This document shows positions 44,201 to 59,184 of a DNA stretch of 64,000 nt, in pieces. Positions within the stretch are counted from its first letter, which is position 1, and each line of letters starts with the position of its first letter. Below the pieces are notes generated by a model that saw only the letters and a program-made list of their open reading frames with translations, made no database searches and was not told where the DNA came from. The translations under genes and the position numbers were made by a program. This stretch comes from Auanema rhodensis (Eukaryota > Animalia > Nematoda), in contig OZ059895.1 in the NCBI GenBank assembly GCA_964057225.1, forward strand, positions 14,198,001 through 14,262,000. Direction: 5' to 3'.

Positions 44201-46253
44201 CGAAAATGAAAATAATAACTTACTTTCCTAAATGCTAAACTCATGTAATCATCAGGAGTTTTCTTCTCAAAATGAACTGTAACAGGAAATTGACGAGCAT
44301 CAACCTTGATAACTTTTGGTTGGACAGTTGGGAATAACCTGAAACAAGATTTAAAATTTGGTTTCAATTGACACAATACCTTTTCTGTAGAAAATCTTCA
44401 AGTCGTAAAGTAGCAGACATAATAACAAGTCGAAGAGGATTGCTAGTTTTAGCTCGCAAAGGAGCAATTCTAGATAACATTCCAATGAGCACATCACTGT
44501 ACATGGATCTTTCGTGAGCTTCGTCAATCAGAATAGCGGAATATCTGGAATACAAGGAAATATCTTGTAAACATTAAGAAAACAAACTTTTTCAGCATTA
44601 TGTCTTTCTCCATTTCTTTCATTAGTACTCCATCAGTCATGAACAAAATTTTAGTATCATCATTTCGTGTTCCTTCATACCGAATCTGAATAAATCTAGC
44701 AGATGTAATAGTTAAATTAAAAATGCACTCACCTGGTAACTGACAATATTTGGTTGTCCTAATTCTTCTCCTACTCTTTGTGCCATTGAAATAGCAGCAA
44801 CTCGTCTAGGTTCAGTAATACCAATAATTTGACCATCACTAGCATAGCCAGCTTCATACAAAAACTGAGGGATTTGAGTAGTCTTTCCTGAACCTGTTTC
44901 TCCACAAACAACCGTTACCTTAAAACAAATAATTAGCATCATTACATATAGTAATTTGTAGTTTTGTAGCTTCTAACTTACAACATTCTCATTGATAGCT
45001 TCAACAATAGGAACTTCTTCACCATAAATTGGTAATTCCTTCCGCTTATTTTCAATTTCTTCTGAGCGCTGCACGAAAACGTGCTTCCTTTGGAAAATTT
45101 TATCATTAACTGGGAGAGCGTCCTATAATTTTACCATAAAACCACTAATTTCTATAAAAAATTTTTTTACTTGTTTTGAGTTTTCATCATCATCATCATC
45201 AGGTTCATCGGTTTTAGTTCCAACAATGATCTAAAATAAAAATTATATCAAGAATTAGCAACGATAAAGCAATACCCGACTCTTTTTCTGGTGGTGCCTA
45301 ACTTTTCGCTCCTCATCTAATCCTACATCACGATTCTCCATCAATAGAGCTTCATTAGCTTTTTGGATCTGAGAAACGAATATTAAAAAATTTTGAAATA
45401 TGGCAAAAAAACTCACCTCCTCAGTGCTCATGGCAGTTGTAGATTCTTCTGCGGTTTCATCTTCTTTGTCACAAGTTTTTTCTTTTTCTTCATTTTGTTT
45501 CTCTTCTTCTTCTAGTTCTACATCAGCAGCAGCATCTTCCTCATCTGATTCTTCGTCGTCAGTTGGATAATAATTTTCCTATTTGAGCAAAACTGATTAG
45601 AATCAATTAGAAAAAGCATACTTGTACACGGTCCTTTTGATGAACAGTTTCGGCAAGTTTAACTTTGCCCGAAAACGCTTTTAACTTTGAAGCGAATTGA
45701 GGCTCATCATGATCTTTTTGACTAAATGTTTGATGAAATAAATTTCCTAAGAACACCACTCACCCTCCATCTTTGTCTTGCATATGAACTGTTGAATTTA
45801 ATTGTTTTAACTTTTTAGGGTCTAACTGGTATTCAGCAAGTGAAGCGAATAATTCTTCTTGCTATATTATAGTCATTATTTAAATATAATTGTTCAAATA
45901 AGCTTACAGTAAGTTTATTCTGTTTTCTCTGTTGAACTGCGGCTAGTTGCCGCTTCATTTTTTTAGTTACCTACAACATTGCATTATAAATACATAAGAA
46001 AACAGTTTTTACCCTCTCCTTTTCCTTTTCTTTTGCATAATTTCTACTCTTTTTACCTCCAGTAGCATCTTTCTGAGCAAAAATATCCCGTTCAGCTTGC
46101 TTCTTTTTCGTTCCAATAATAAAATTTATGATCAACTCGCTGCAGCTTATTTGAAATACCTGGTATAATTATTAAATCACTTGATTGAGGATCAAGGACT
46201 AGATCAGATTCATCAACTAGTGGAGCAGTTTTCCTCTTTTTAGCTGCACTCAT
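41247..46253 (-). CDS. rha-2: DEAH-box RNA helicase DHX37/Dhr1
   Basis: [77 protein letters not shown]2/OB regions. Confidence 0.96.
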
Positions 46254-48576
46254 TCTAAACTATATCAATATTGTAAAAATATTAATAATTAAAAAATATG
46301 AAAGAAAAGTTAGAAATTTTAATATTTTTTAATAAATACGCAATTTCCCGTCAAAAAAATAATACTAACCATTTTCAACTTTAAAGTTTTTCTAAAAAAC
46401 CTATTTAAATGGAGTATATTTAATGGTAATTTTGAAATAAACTATATTTCTTAAACAAAAAAAAAACATTATGTGAAAATTTTTATTACTATCCACACAT
46501 TATAAATCATCTAAGCTTGACAAATTCATCTTCTTTCCGCTGAGCCATTGAATGAGCCAGACAAGAAAGCCCGAGTTGCTTGGATATTGAATATTAAGGG
46601 AGAGTTATGAAATCTTTTTCTAAATATTATTGGGGAATCTGAATTCTTTTGGAAGCTCTTTAATATGCATGAATTTTCACTGTTTAATTTAATAGTACAT
46701 GTATAATATATAATAAAGTTCTAAATAAAAACTTTAATTGCTATTAGAATTTTTCTTTAAATTCTTGATGTTTGATAATTAATTTGAATTTTGTTAATGA
46801 GTTATTATATGAGTATAAATAAAAAATTTGTTTTTTTCTCGTATACAACCAGCTATTTTATTCAAGTCTAACTAATATTAGTTGGCAATAAGAATTTAAC
46901 TTCGTGAAAAATTCCGATTGTTTTGTTATCCGACATATTTTGCAAATAGCAATACTCTTATCATTTCAATCTGTTCTATTTTGAAATAGAAATTATTGAA
47001 TGTGAGGTAATTTTTCTTTCTTTGTATCTATTTAAGCTTATGCTTGTATGTATTGAATCACTTTTTTCTATATATTTACTATGAATTCTAAACATTTTAC
47101 AACCAAGAAATGAACACTGGTTAGATATTTGGTTGGCTACATCATGGATGAATCTTCTCTTTTTTTAAATTTATAATGTCTCATAGTACGATCAAATTTC
47201 ACAGAATTCAAAATGAATTCTGTTGGAATATATATACTGGCTAAGAAACATTGAAGATTCAACGAATCGAAAACGTAGTTTTCCCATATTTTGGAAATAA
47301 TTGTTTGGTGTAAGGTTTACAATACAATTCTGAAAGAAAGATGCTTCGCTCGTGGATGAATTTCAAAACTAATCAGGCTACTTCCTCTTGTTCAGTCATT
47401 TGAACCACCAGTATGTCTGATTTTCCGAAATGAAACGAAGTTTTTGGCTATTTTTAACGACAAAAATAGACGATTCGAAAAGGTTTCTTTAACATGTTGC
47501 GTGAAAAAAGTGATTTTCGTCCTCAACATTACCTTAACAACTAACATTTAAGTGTCATTTCCTATTTATTTCTGCATGATAACACATTGTTGTGTAAATA
47601 CTGAAAAATTAATTTCTGAGTTTCTGCAGCGCCATAGTTCCAAAATAAGGAAAATTTCAAACGGAACAAGACAGATATGTTCCCAAATAATTTATTTCAC
47701 AGCTTTTTTAAGTGGCGCAAGTTAGAAATTCTATAGGTCTGTTCTTCTTCTCTTTATCTCAATTTACATTTTGCTAAAATAGAGAAGTTGGCTGGCATGT
47801 GAAAAGACGATAGTCCTTAACTCCTTTGAAATGAAAAAACTCGGAGTTACTGAAGTTTGACGACGTATAACATGCTTTTGAACGATTAAATGAGGCAGAA
47901 TAAACATCCGACAATACAATTTTGTGGTTCATCTTTCTGGAATAACACTGAAGAGACTAAAATTTTGTGGCAATAGCCAGGAGTCCTAATTATTCGTTTT
48001 TGTGGAAAGAATTCGTTGTTATAGCAGAATATATGCAGCTGGTTCGACGGTTTGTTGTTACTACTTTCAATTTCTTTTGAATATTGTTCATATTTTGCGT
48101 CTCCTTGCCTAGTCTTCGAGTACATCTCCCTCTCAACACACCAGTAGAAATTGAAGATTTCCGACTTTTCTGACTTATAGCTTAGCTGACATCAATTAGA
48201 GGCTTGTCACTATTTAGGACAAATTGCTTTGACATAGAAATTCGCCGCCAAAAGACTTTTATTTTCTTACAGTTATGAGCATCCTAAGCTTTGTTCCGTG
48301 ATTGAAGGCTTTTTCGGCTACAAATCTAATATTCCAGATTCCAATTCAATTTTTTTTGACCTTATCGTTTTCTACAACTTTCAACTTACTACTATTCAAC
48401 TGAAGAATCTTATCATGTTGTTCATCTAATATGATTGTCGTCGTCGGCTACATAGTAGTTGGACTTGTCAATCGACTGCCTAACTGAAGAGCTCGAGTAC
48501 TTCACCAAGTATTGAGCATCATATGTAGTCATGAGTTGGATGAGTCTTTTCTCGTTCTTTCCCCATCCTCCTCAAC

Positions 48577-48612
48577 GTCGTCGTCATCATCATCATCATC
48601 ATCATCATCATC
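48577..48612. repeat. (CGT)n(CAT)n microsatellite
   Basis: Visible repeat; explains the poly-Met ORF 48519-48707. Confidence 0.9.
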
Positions 48613-50544
48613 AACAACATCTGAATTGATCTAAAGAAGTTGAAACAGCTCCGCCTCCTTTTCGCATCTCTCTCAATACTTTTTTCCTTTCCTGTGTCTA
48701 ACTGCAAGAAATGTCATTTTTGTCTCGCACAAATGCGTTTATTCTCAATCTGAAAGCTTATTCCACTTGTTTGTATCTGAAATCCCTTAGCGCTTTATAC
48801 TTCATCATGATGATCATTTTCAAGTATTCATTCACTTCCTTGCACGTAGCTACATGACGTCATGTGTTCCTGTGTGAGTAACATGGCCACTGAGAATTCC
48901 TGCAGAGAACGGTAGCAGAGCAAACGCAGCAAAATCTTTGACGCTGCTGTCTGATATCAGATTATAGCTTTTGATATGTCTTAATCTTCAAGCTCAAGTT
49001 GTTTATTAAAACTTCAGAACATGTATGTATATATTTTCTGTTTTTTCCTTTTTAGCAATAGGAAATTGGTTGCATGCAGTGTCTTGATAAACTAACGATG
49101 AATTTAACCAATAAAGCCTCTTTTAAAGAATTTAAATAAATTCTTCACTTATTACTATTTTCTCATATTATATTGAGTATTTCTTGAGTTTTCTGTTTAT
49201 TTTTCAATTTGTTCATCAACAGTTTTCTCAGCTTAACCAGCATTCATACGCTTCCGCCTTAGTTTTTTCTTGAAATTGACATATCTTCTACAAGCTCACT
49301 ACTAGGAGCTGTGACATTTTTCTTGACTTTTTTCCAAAATAAACATGAAGTTTTCTCATTTTCGGTTTCAACTTAACTTCCAGCTGAAGAGGCGGTACTG
49401 GTTCTATTGGTTTTCTCGCCCTTGTTCGGATTTATTTCATTTTCTTGAAAGTTGCTTTGATATATCCACTTGTTGTTAAGATCACGAAACGAAATAGAGC
49501 GCTTGCTAACGGTTTGCTGACAGCCGTCAAACATAATTTCAATGGGTTACATCTTGAAGAAGCTTCGATTGCTTCATAACTCGTGATTCGACATTTAATT
49601 AAAAATTTAAAAAATGCTTGCAGTTCTATATTCTATTGTCTCCATTCCTTTTTGCTTTTCAGATTTTTTGCTCGCATTTTCGTAACTTCGTGCAGCTATT
49701 GCATTCTCAAAGATATATTCAGATCAAAGACAAAAATCTGATGAATGACGAAGTATTGACGGTGATGAGCAGAATGAATGAGACCAAGGGCGCAAGAGCA
49801 AATTTGCATCAAGAAGGGTTGTGAAAATCTGAAAATCAAAGAATGTTTGAGTCGAAGTAGTACATAGTACGTATTAGAGATGTGAATGCTTTATTCAGTA
49901 ATTGTCAGTAGTAAGGTTAGCGTCTGCGTCTTAAATCTCAGATTTTCACTGATTCGTCTTTCATTTCCTTCCTTCTCTTCATTACATCAAATCATGATTT
50001 CTCAAACTTTGAAGAGAGATCAGAAAGTTTTTTTCAAGAAATATGTCTTTCTTTCTATTTTAATCTTAGAAAATATTTGGTCAACCTTAACTCATTTCAT
50101 TTCTTTTATTGATAAAAAGTAAACATTCCATAATATCTACTAGATTCTGTTCAATTCAGCTATAAAAAGTATTAAATGAAACTAATTTCTTTTTTTTCTC
50201 TCTTTAGTTTGCTTATTAAACAAAAGAAGAAGACATTGCCTGCATGATGTTTAAGTAAAATGAGCCTTGCCTCAACTAGCAGTGGCAATATGATCTTACA
50301 AAGTTCGTTGTAGTTCATCGGTAGCAAGCCACCAGCACCACACATGCAAATTATTATATTTTTTCAAATAAAATTAAGGTATTACATTAAAATGAAATTA
50401 TATTTTTCCCCTTTTTCTAATTAAATTTATTCCGCTAGATAATTGAACACTGAAAAATTTGTTTGTTCTCTGATGTTGACCTGTTTGTGTTTGTATTCAT
50501 AAATATAAAATAAAAAAATTTTCTTTCAACCATTCCGTTTGGGC

Positions 50545-50548
<4 letters not shown>

Positions 50549-50577
<29 letters not shown>
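50549..50577. repeat. (TG)n microsatellite
   Basis: Visible repeat. Confidence 0.95.
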
Positions 50578-50581
<4 letters not shown>

Positions 50582-52950
50582 TGAGGGTGGCACGCGTGAA
50601 ATTTTCATTTGAACGTCGCTGTCAGAGGTGAACGGTTGTGTTTGCAGGTAACATCATTCTCCTATTCTTTGCTTATTGTTTATATTTTCTTTTTTTTGTT
50701 TCTTTTGTTATTTCATACCTTTGTCGTAATGTAACGTTATATTATATTACTTTTTTTTCTCTATTCTTACTGCAGCTTCTGACCTGTAATCAAAGATGAT
50801 TCCGAAGCCTTCGGTTCAATGAACCCATCTGACTTAGCCAGCCAATCTGTTTTTCCATTTCAAAGCTGTGAAATAGAGAAAACATCAACAACAGCAATAA
50901 TATTACTATATATGGCTCTGCATGGCTAATAAGTCGATTGGCGGACGGAAATAGCTGAGAATTCTGCTTCAAAAAAAAAAGAAAAAAAGAAAAAAAAGCT
51001 AGCTTGGAAATGAAACAGAGGGATGATAGCAGCCTCATATTTACCGATTCCGTAAAAAGCTGGCGACGCTAAATGAATTAACCTGCTCTCTGTGCATTTT
51101 ATTTTGCTCCAAACTGATTGTCTCTTTATTAACATTTCTAAAGCATATTCGAAATACTTGACACCGTTGAGAAACTTCTTCGCTCTCACGTTTGATTATG
51201 AATTTTTCATTAAGTTTGAGATGAAGTATCTCATGCTTTGTGATCTTTCTCCGATCCCATTTCTTTTATTCAATTCCTTTATATTTCTTTTTAACCAATT
51301 ATTTCCTTTCCCCGCGGTTAATCTCCATTGAAATTTGCCCAAGCTTGTTCATTCTTGCCAATATTATATGGATCATGAGCGTTTCATATTTAGATTTTCT
51401 TGGTTTATTATAATTTCAACAGAGTCTGAGCAAATTCACGTTTCTCCAATGGATTGAAAGATTCTGGGAATACAAGTTTTGGGTTGAGAGGCTGTGACTG
51501 AGCAAGCTAGGGGAGTGTCGAGAGACAAGAAGCATTTGTGGAACTTTAATAATAGAAGAAGGAGATCTCCATCTATGGTTTGAGCTTTCTCGAAAGAGAG
51601 GACACACGCATACACAAACTCTTTAGATTCCTAAATCAACTATACCCACAGAACTTTCTTAATCTGCCTCTTTTCCCATTTCGTTTTTGAGTTGTCTATC
51701 TTCTGAACTCTGAAACTCTGTCCAGCAACTCAAATCTGGCCAAGTCCTTTAGTTTTTGAATTTTATTTCCTCTTAGAACGTCATATAATAAATCTTTTAC
51801 TCTGCGAGGAGACTTTATGATCAATAGGCGATTAGTTCTAGAATTTTTCAGTTTGCAAAATCTTAATTCATTCTATAAACGTGCATTTATCTATTACCAT
51901 GTTCACTCTTCTCCCAAATTTTGCCATATTTTGAGGAGATTGGACTAGCCTTGAGTCTTTCCAATTCAGCTTTCATGTTTCAACAACTGAATCAAACAGG
52001 ACATAATGTACAGTAGGAAGTAACACTTTCTCTCAACAAATTTTGTCCTTTAATGGTCAATTGCTTGATGAAGTTCAACTTTTATTGAAAGGCTATGTCT
52101 GCTGTTACCACGAAAAAACTGAGATTAGGACTTTTCCCTCAAGCCGTTTTTTCAGAAAATCTTAATTTTTTTGTAAATATAACGTTCTACATTATGGAAA
52201 TTGTTGTGAGTAACAAGAAAGGCAACCATATATTGATGATGGCAATTCGCCGTGGGACCTGAAGATATGCTGAAACTACCTCCACATATGGCAGTCAGCT
52301 CTGTCTTCGTCTTCTTCTTTCCAAAGCGCTTTATCTTTTTCCATTTTAGCTTTTCACACTTTTTGAGTCTTGAGACTCGTCAGTCATTTTATGTGATTAG
52401 TTGGCTAAATTTTTGTGTTTTGTATCTACTAATACTTCATCATTATGAATCTACATAGATAAATGTTCCTGTTTTTTTGCTGAAAAATAGCGAATGATTA
52501 CGATACGTTCCTTGTAGTATCTGCATAATTTACTTATTCATTTTCCTTTAGTTACGTAGTTATAATCTTTAAATGTTTGATTAGGTTTCTGCTGATTTTA
52601 ATGGATATTATGAGCATAGTTTATAAGCATGAAAGCATAATCAATGATCGTTAAGTAGTTTATTAATGTGAACTTAACTATGCGATGAACCTCTTTTTTT
52701 ATTTTCTTTTTCACATCAAAACTTCAGATTTCTTACTTTCACTTACTATCTTTGAAATCTTTTCGTGTGTGATTTTAAATGAAGTTGGACGAAATCGCGT
52801 GTTTGAGGGCTAAGTACCTGCTAGGCATGCTGCTCATAATCATTTATATGAGAAATTATTCTTTGATGTTGAGGCCTGATGCTAGAACTGAATGAGAGTT
52901 GTAGGAACCGCTAAGATGAACTAGGAAGACTACTGAAGTGAATTGAGTGA

Positions 52951-52955
<5 letters not shown>

Positions 52956-52990
<35 letters not shown>
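52956..52990. repeat. (AG)n microsatellite
   Basis: Visible repeat. Confidence 0.95.
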
Positions 52991-52994
<4 letters not shown>

Positions 52995-55900
52995 TAAAAG
53001 TAGCTTCAATATGACAGCTCTATAGAGGGCAATGTCAACTGATCCTCAGCTTCATCCTGGAGATTTCGTCTTTATTTTATGTCTGTCACCGTCCATCCAT
53101 CATCATCGTCTAACCTGACGCCAGTCAATGTCTTCGACGTCCTCGAAACTTCAAATGATTTTCTCTCCTCTTAAACATTTTACCTCATAGCTCTATCATA
53201 AGAGCGTGTCAAAATTCTATCCCTGCTTGTTTTGTTTCCAAATTTTTTTTTGACAAGATTATATTTCGAACCTTTAGCGATTTTTTTCTCAAAAGTTTAC
53301 ATTTCAATTAGCTACTCTTTGATGTCTTGTTTTCTTTTTTCTTCTCAAATATTCATCCTATTTGATTTCATCTAAACAAAGATGTCTACCAGACTACTCT
53401 TAGATATTATTCTGATTCTGTTTCCCTTTGTTTTTCACTTTTTCTTTCCTTTGATCTCATATTCTTTTTTTCTTTTTATTTTTATTAACAATAAATCATA
53501 AGATCAATGCTTTCAATTCTTTCTATTTGATTCACATATTTTGATTTTGAAGCAATTGTCCCGAATTTACTGCTGTGTCTCATCTAAAATCATTGGTTCG
53601 CCTATCAATTACAATCATTTTTTTCTTTTAAAAACCTGGACTTCTTGACAAAACAAGGTTCATTCAGACAACCTGACGACAATAATGATGGCTCAAGGCT
53701 CCGAAGGGAACTAATAATGATGTGAGTTAGTGACATAAGCAAGAGTTTTTTCACCAATCCTGAAAATGATTTGATCTATTTTTCTCTAAATTTCTCTTAT
53801 ACTTTTTTCTTTTTCTCATTATTTACTATATCTAATAGTAGAAATATTTAACTTATATGTATAGTTAAGCTTATATTTTCATGAGAATATTCAGATTTTT
53901 TTTAATTTAATTGTTTGAAAGAAAAAGTTTTGTTGTAATTTTGAAAAAGGTTTCCTTACAGTTTTACCTGCATAATCAACTCTTATATCACTTGTTCACT
54001 GATTATAATTTCGGTTTGAGTTGAGATGATTGAGAAAATGTGGTTAAGATAGATAGAAAAAGTGAAAGAAAAAGAAGACTGAGGTATATATAGAGAGAGA
54101 GAAATAGAAAGAGAAAGAGAGAGAGAGAAAGATAGAAAAGGGGAATGGGAAAGAGACATCTGCTAAGCTTCTCCTCCCATTTTGCTCTCCTCCTATCTTC
54201 TATGCTTGACCCACTCAATATGTAAGAAAGTAGTTCCTTCTATCTCATCTGTTATCTCTTCTGTTCTATTCATTCATCGTCTCATGGTTTAACAATTTTT
54301 TTCATTTCTCTTAATCTTCTAATTTTACTTCAAACAAATAATGTCATAATCACGACTGATATGTTCAAATCTTTTTTTTCTTTTCTGTCGGCAACATCTG
54401 AAAGTAGTCTAACTTTGACCACCGACTGCTTTATTTTTTCTCTTCTTCTTCAAGTCTTAAAACGAAATATAGCCTAAAGATGATCGTTAATACTGAAAAA
54501 AGGCTGAACGGGTGGCTCTGAAGGAATTTCTTCTCATAAGCGTTATTACTACTACTACGGCTTTACCTCTATTGTTTCATCTTTTGAACATCCAACCAAG
54601 AATGTTTTCTCTCAAATGCTAATGTCATGTTGTTTGTAAGCATATTCACTGTACTTTATCCCTCCGAATTCTCAGGACCTTCCCTCCCATTTTTTCTATT
54701 TCTAATCCCTACTTTGTTAATATTCTTCTGTTTCCTATACGTTGTTTTGTGTTTAGTTTTGTTGACAGAAGTGATGAATCAGTCCTTCCTTGCCTCTCCA
54801 AATGTATATGAGCAAATCTCACGAAAAATCGGCAAAGCTCCGATACTTACTGTTTCTTTCGTTTGGTTTGCATTCTTATTCTCCCTGAAGGCCCTGAGGC
54901 CATACATTGTCGAAAACCACTCTTTTCGCCCCATCTGGAGCACACTAGCCCACCCGGAACGTTTATGATGGCCAATAGAAGCTGAAATTTTGGTATTGGC
55001 CAGTGTTTGCCTGAACTGCCTGACATATAGATACATCTTGATTTTATTTTCCAAAACATTCAAACAAACTATCTCATATCACTCATGTGATTTACCGCAA
55101 AATCATATCCAGTTTCTATCTCAAGAACATCATTTTGACTATGCTTGTTAATCATAAAGGACAAGCTTAACTTGTCATGTTTAATCTCTTCTTCTTTCTT
55201 TCTTTTTTTCATAATTTTCTACTTTGTCATATGTACATACACACATATCATTTCTTCTGATAGTCATCTGCTGATGTGGAATGAATACGTTGATACAGAT
55301 TCCAATAGAAACAGCACGTATTGAATTTCAAGAGATAAGATAGATAGATGTCCTTTTCATTTTGTAAAAGTAGTCTGAACTAGACAAGCATACTCTATTC
55401 TACAAACTTTCATCTATATTTTGTGATTTAAATTTATTTTTTAAAATTCATTTAGAAGCAGTACCTACTCCTAACTTCTCACTCCGGCCTGGCTATTCCT
55501 CATTTTCAAAATGTTATTTGTTGGTTTTAGTTTGAGTTGGTTTTCTTTTCAACTAAGTTCATAATTCAGTTCAGTAACAGATATATGAATAGCCAAGACA
55601 ACAAGAGAAGTTTGTCTAAGCTTCTCTTAGTTGAGTTACATGCTCAAAGAAAAGATTACTATACCTGTCACTTAAAATCAAGATTATTGTCATTTACCTT
55701 GAGAAATGTTAAAGAAAGCGTTAATATACTCGTATTCATTTGGCTGATTTCAAGAAGTCTGCATAGCAGCTGATGCTTCATGTATATGTTAAGCATAGTT
55801 TTCATATTTAAAAAAAAAAAAAAAAGAATTTCACATTCAATTGTGATGTAGAAAAATTTATTAAAAATTTCTTCTCCATCCCATCGGGCAGTTGTGGAAC

Positions 55901-58900
55901 TTCAAAGAGTAGTTTATGTTTTATAGAATATATTCGTTCGCACCTAATTGACTTGACGCTACACATTGTATTCATTTATGTCAGACGTCTGATTACTTTA
56001 TACGGATCCTGACGATCATCGTTGTCGTCGTCGTTGTTCTTTCAAGAAACGTTTTTGAACTTTATGGCTTTTTCTTCGTCTTCTTCATTCTTCTTCTACT
56101 TTCCATCTTCTCCCTTTTTTGAAGTTTTTCCTATTTTTCATATCTTCCACTTTTTTTTATTCACGTACATGATATGCATAGCTTGTTGTGCTGATTCGTT
56201 CGTTGTGCTTTCGGCCAAACTCGTTCGACTGCCAGTTTTCACATAAGCAAATGGCCTCTTCTTACGTCATGCTCATTCTCTTGATGTGTTGTGTATCACA
56301 GGAGAAAGCTATATTAACTTCAACGCACCTGATAACATGTATAAATAGAAGACGAAACGTTATAGATAAGACAACTTTTATCCGATGAACGACTAAATAG
56401 ACTCTATTTCAATTGGATATTGAACAAATGGTGTTGCCTCAGGCGATATAAACAAGCTATCCAGAGCATAATTTCAGATTATTTATGTCTGTACAGAAAA
56501 AAAAAGAAGATTTTTCATGTTGTTCAGGGCATTTTTTTAATTTTTCTATTTCCGAATATCTTTTTTCACTTATAATATCTTGTGTCTTTCGATTTTTTTA
56601 TGTATTCCTACATATCCGACATATTTGTAAAGTTTACTCTCGGATTCTTCTTGTTTTTCACACGTTATTACTGGCTGCTTACGTATTTCACGTGAAAATT
56701 ACACGTGAAAGTTTTACGTCAAATTAGCAAATCATTTTTGGAGGTACAAGCGCAATGATTGCTAAGAATTTTTTCTTTTTTTTTTAAATGAGCATTATGC
56801 TGGAAGATTTCGGTTTTTTATTTGAAAAATACTATTGAATAAGCTTGTGAATTAGCTTGAGGGGCTTGATGATGATATTGATGATAGACACTTAGAGCTA
56901 AATACAAGAGCTACTAAAGCTTTAAAGCTCATGTTGACCTTGTGTTGTCGACAGCGTGATTCCTGAAATTCTAATCGGTGCCTTAGTTGAGATCGGAATA
57001 TAGAACAACGATTTTCGGATATCAGATATCTGACTGGTTAGAAGATGAAGAAGAAGATGCAACAGCAGAAGGGTGGAATGTAATATCAAGGGCATAGTTC
57101 TCTTTGCTTCTATCTTTCCCACTTCTTCTGCAGCACCATCGTTTCTTATGCTCATTTCGTTACATTATATTTCTCCGGCGTTTCCCTCCTTTGATTAATT
57201 CTTTATCGTTTGGAAACCATATTTCATGTCAAAATCTCAAACATGTAACTTTTCGTCCTATTATCACCTGTTCATAGCTTCATTATATCTTTCTGATCTT
57301 ATCAGTTATCTCGATAATGACTTTTCGACACTCTGCCCTCATCATCAGTCACAAAATATGAAAAAAAAATATTGAAAAAACGCTGTAATGCCCTCTTATT
57401 GGCATTTGGTCTAAGCAATTTTACACTTTTGCAAAGCCTATCAACCTTCAGTCAGTCAGTTTCAGCTTGCAATCTACAGCTTCATCTCCTCATCATCGTC
57501 ATGATCATCATCATCATCGTTTCAGTGCCAAAATTTGAAAACCAACAGATGATTAATGGATTTAGGATGATCTAGAGATAACAAATATTAGAGAAATACA
57601 AAGGTCATAAATTTTTGCGGTCACGAAGATAGAGCTCGTTCATATTAAAGCGAATTTAAATTGGCTCTTGCCAACTGCTTAGTCTAGTTGCTCTCCCATT
57701 CTGTAACTTTGACACACAATTCCATTGTTCGTTTCGTCATAATCTCCTGAAACATTATATCCGTTCGTTTCACGATTGTGGCTCTGTCTTCCGCCTAAGT
57801 TGGGAAGTGTGAGCACAAGTTCAGGTAATCACGAGAATTACTTCGGACGAAAGTTCCTACGGAGAAAAAACATAGCATGACGAAGAGGAGAGAATGAGAC
57901 ACATGCGTATTCATTCGAATCGCTTTCCGTCTGAACTCCTCATCCTTATATTTTCCTTTTCTCTTTTTTTTTCAATCACTATGTGTCGTTCATTCTATTT
58001 TGCTCTCTTTCTCGTTTCCCGTCTCGCTCTATTTTTCCGTCTTTTGCCCTCTCACTCACACATATTCCTTTCTTGGATTTAGAACTCAGAATACGCTATA
58101 ATAGTCCTTGGAGACTAATTTAGATCCGTTTTGCGAACAGGAGTCATCATTCACTGATTCAAGCTTCACAGCATATGCTTGAAACATTCTCTGACCAAGT
58201 CTCGATATATGAAAAGGACATTTTCAATGAGTTCGTAGTTCCGTCCTTCATAGATATAGAATTTTTCGTTTCGACTATATTTTTGTCAATTTTTCTTTCT
58301 AATATGCATATTGCGTCAAGGCTTGATGATCATGTAATGGACCGTTGATGTGAGTGCTTCATTCCTCTTCCCTTTCGGTTGACTATATTCATACCAATTA
58401 TATGTACATATATCTAGATATATCTAACTATATACATATAAATATATATGGTAAACTATATGTAAACAAATAGAAATATACAAATATCCTTCTATATTCT
58501 TATCTTCTTTCCTTGGTAGTCCTGTTCAATTCTTGACATTTTCTAATACATTAATTAATTCGTTTGCATTGTTTTTGCTTTTCGACATCTCCATTTATTC
58601 TTGGTTATACCCAGAATTCAGTATTTGTTGCTTATTTACCAATATTTCCTTCACCTTTTTATATTCATAAATTGAATGTAATCCCAATATCAAAACTTTA
58701 TTTCAAGAATACAAAGTTTGAAATGCGACCGTTCACCAGTTTGTCTAATTTCAAAATGAAGTATTACGTGAAGTGCGTGAACTCCTAGCATCCTATTATT
58801 CGAATTCTATATGTGCTATGTTACGAAGAAAAGTTTTGAAAAAAAAATTGAAAAGTTGATTTGTTACATGCAAGTGCTCCTGAAAAGCAAAACTTCGTGA

Positions 58901-59184
58901 AGTTGTAGGAAAAAAGAAAAATATATCATTCAAGTTGAGTGTGAATTTTAAAAACACAAACTTTCAGTATTGTTATTTACAATATGACGTTCAAGGTATT
59001 CTTATCGTTTATGTTTTTCTTCTTTATTTTTTCATCATTTTTATTAAATTTTCTATTTATAAACTTATTTATTTATTCTTTTATTCTTTTATTTATTTTT
59101 GTTAAAACATATAATTACAATTTTATTATTCTCATTTAGATGTGTTAATTGTAACCGGGAAATGAACCTTGTACAATCTATAGG

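Noticed and set aside
49762-49832. GTGATGA...CTGA C/D-like pair (similar pair near 54771-54888)
   Set aside because: No terminal stem and no convincing rRNA complementarity.
57064-57132. Hairpin containing miR-1-like TGGAATGTAA
   Set aside because: Central pairing is poor; explained by purine/pyrimidine tracts.
57790-57830. miR-87-like sequence GTGAGCACAAGTTCAGGT
   Set aside because: Three mismatches in 18 nt and no adequate precursor arm.
46300-59100. Many 60-110 aa Phe/Leu/Ser-rich ORFs
   Set aside because: Low-complexity translations of T-rich non-coding DNA, with no splice-compatible chains or recognisable motifs.
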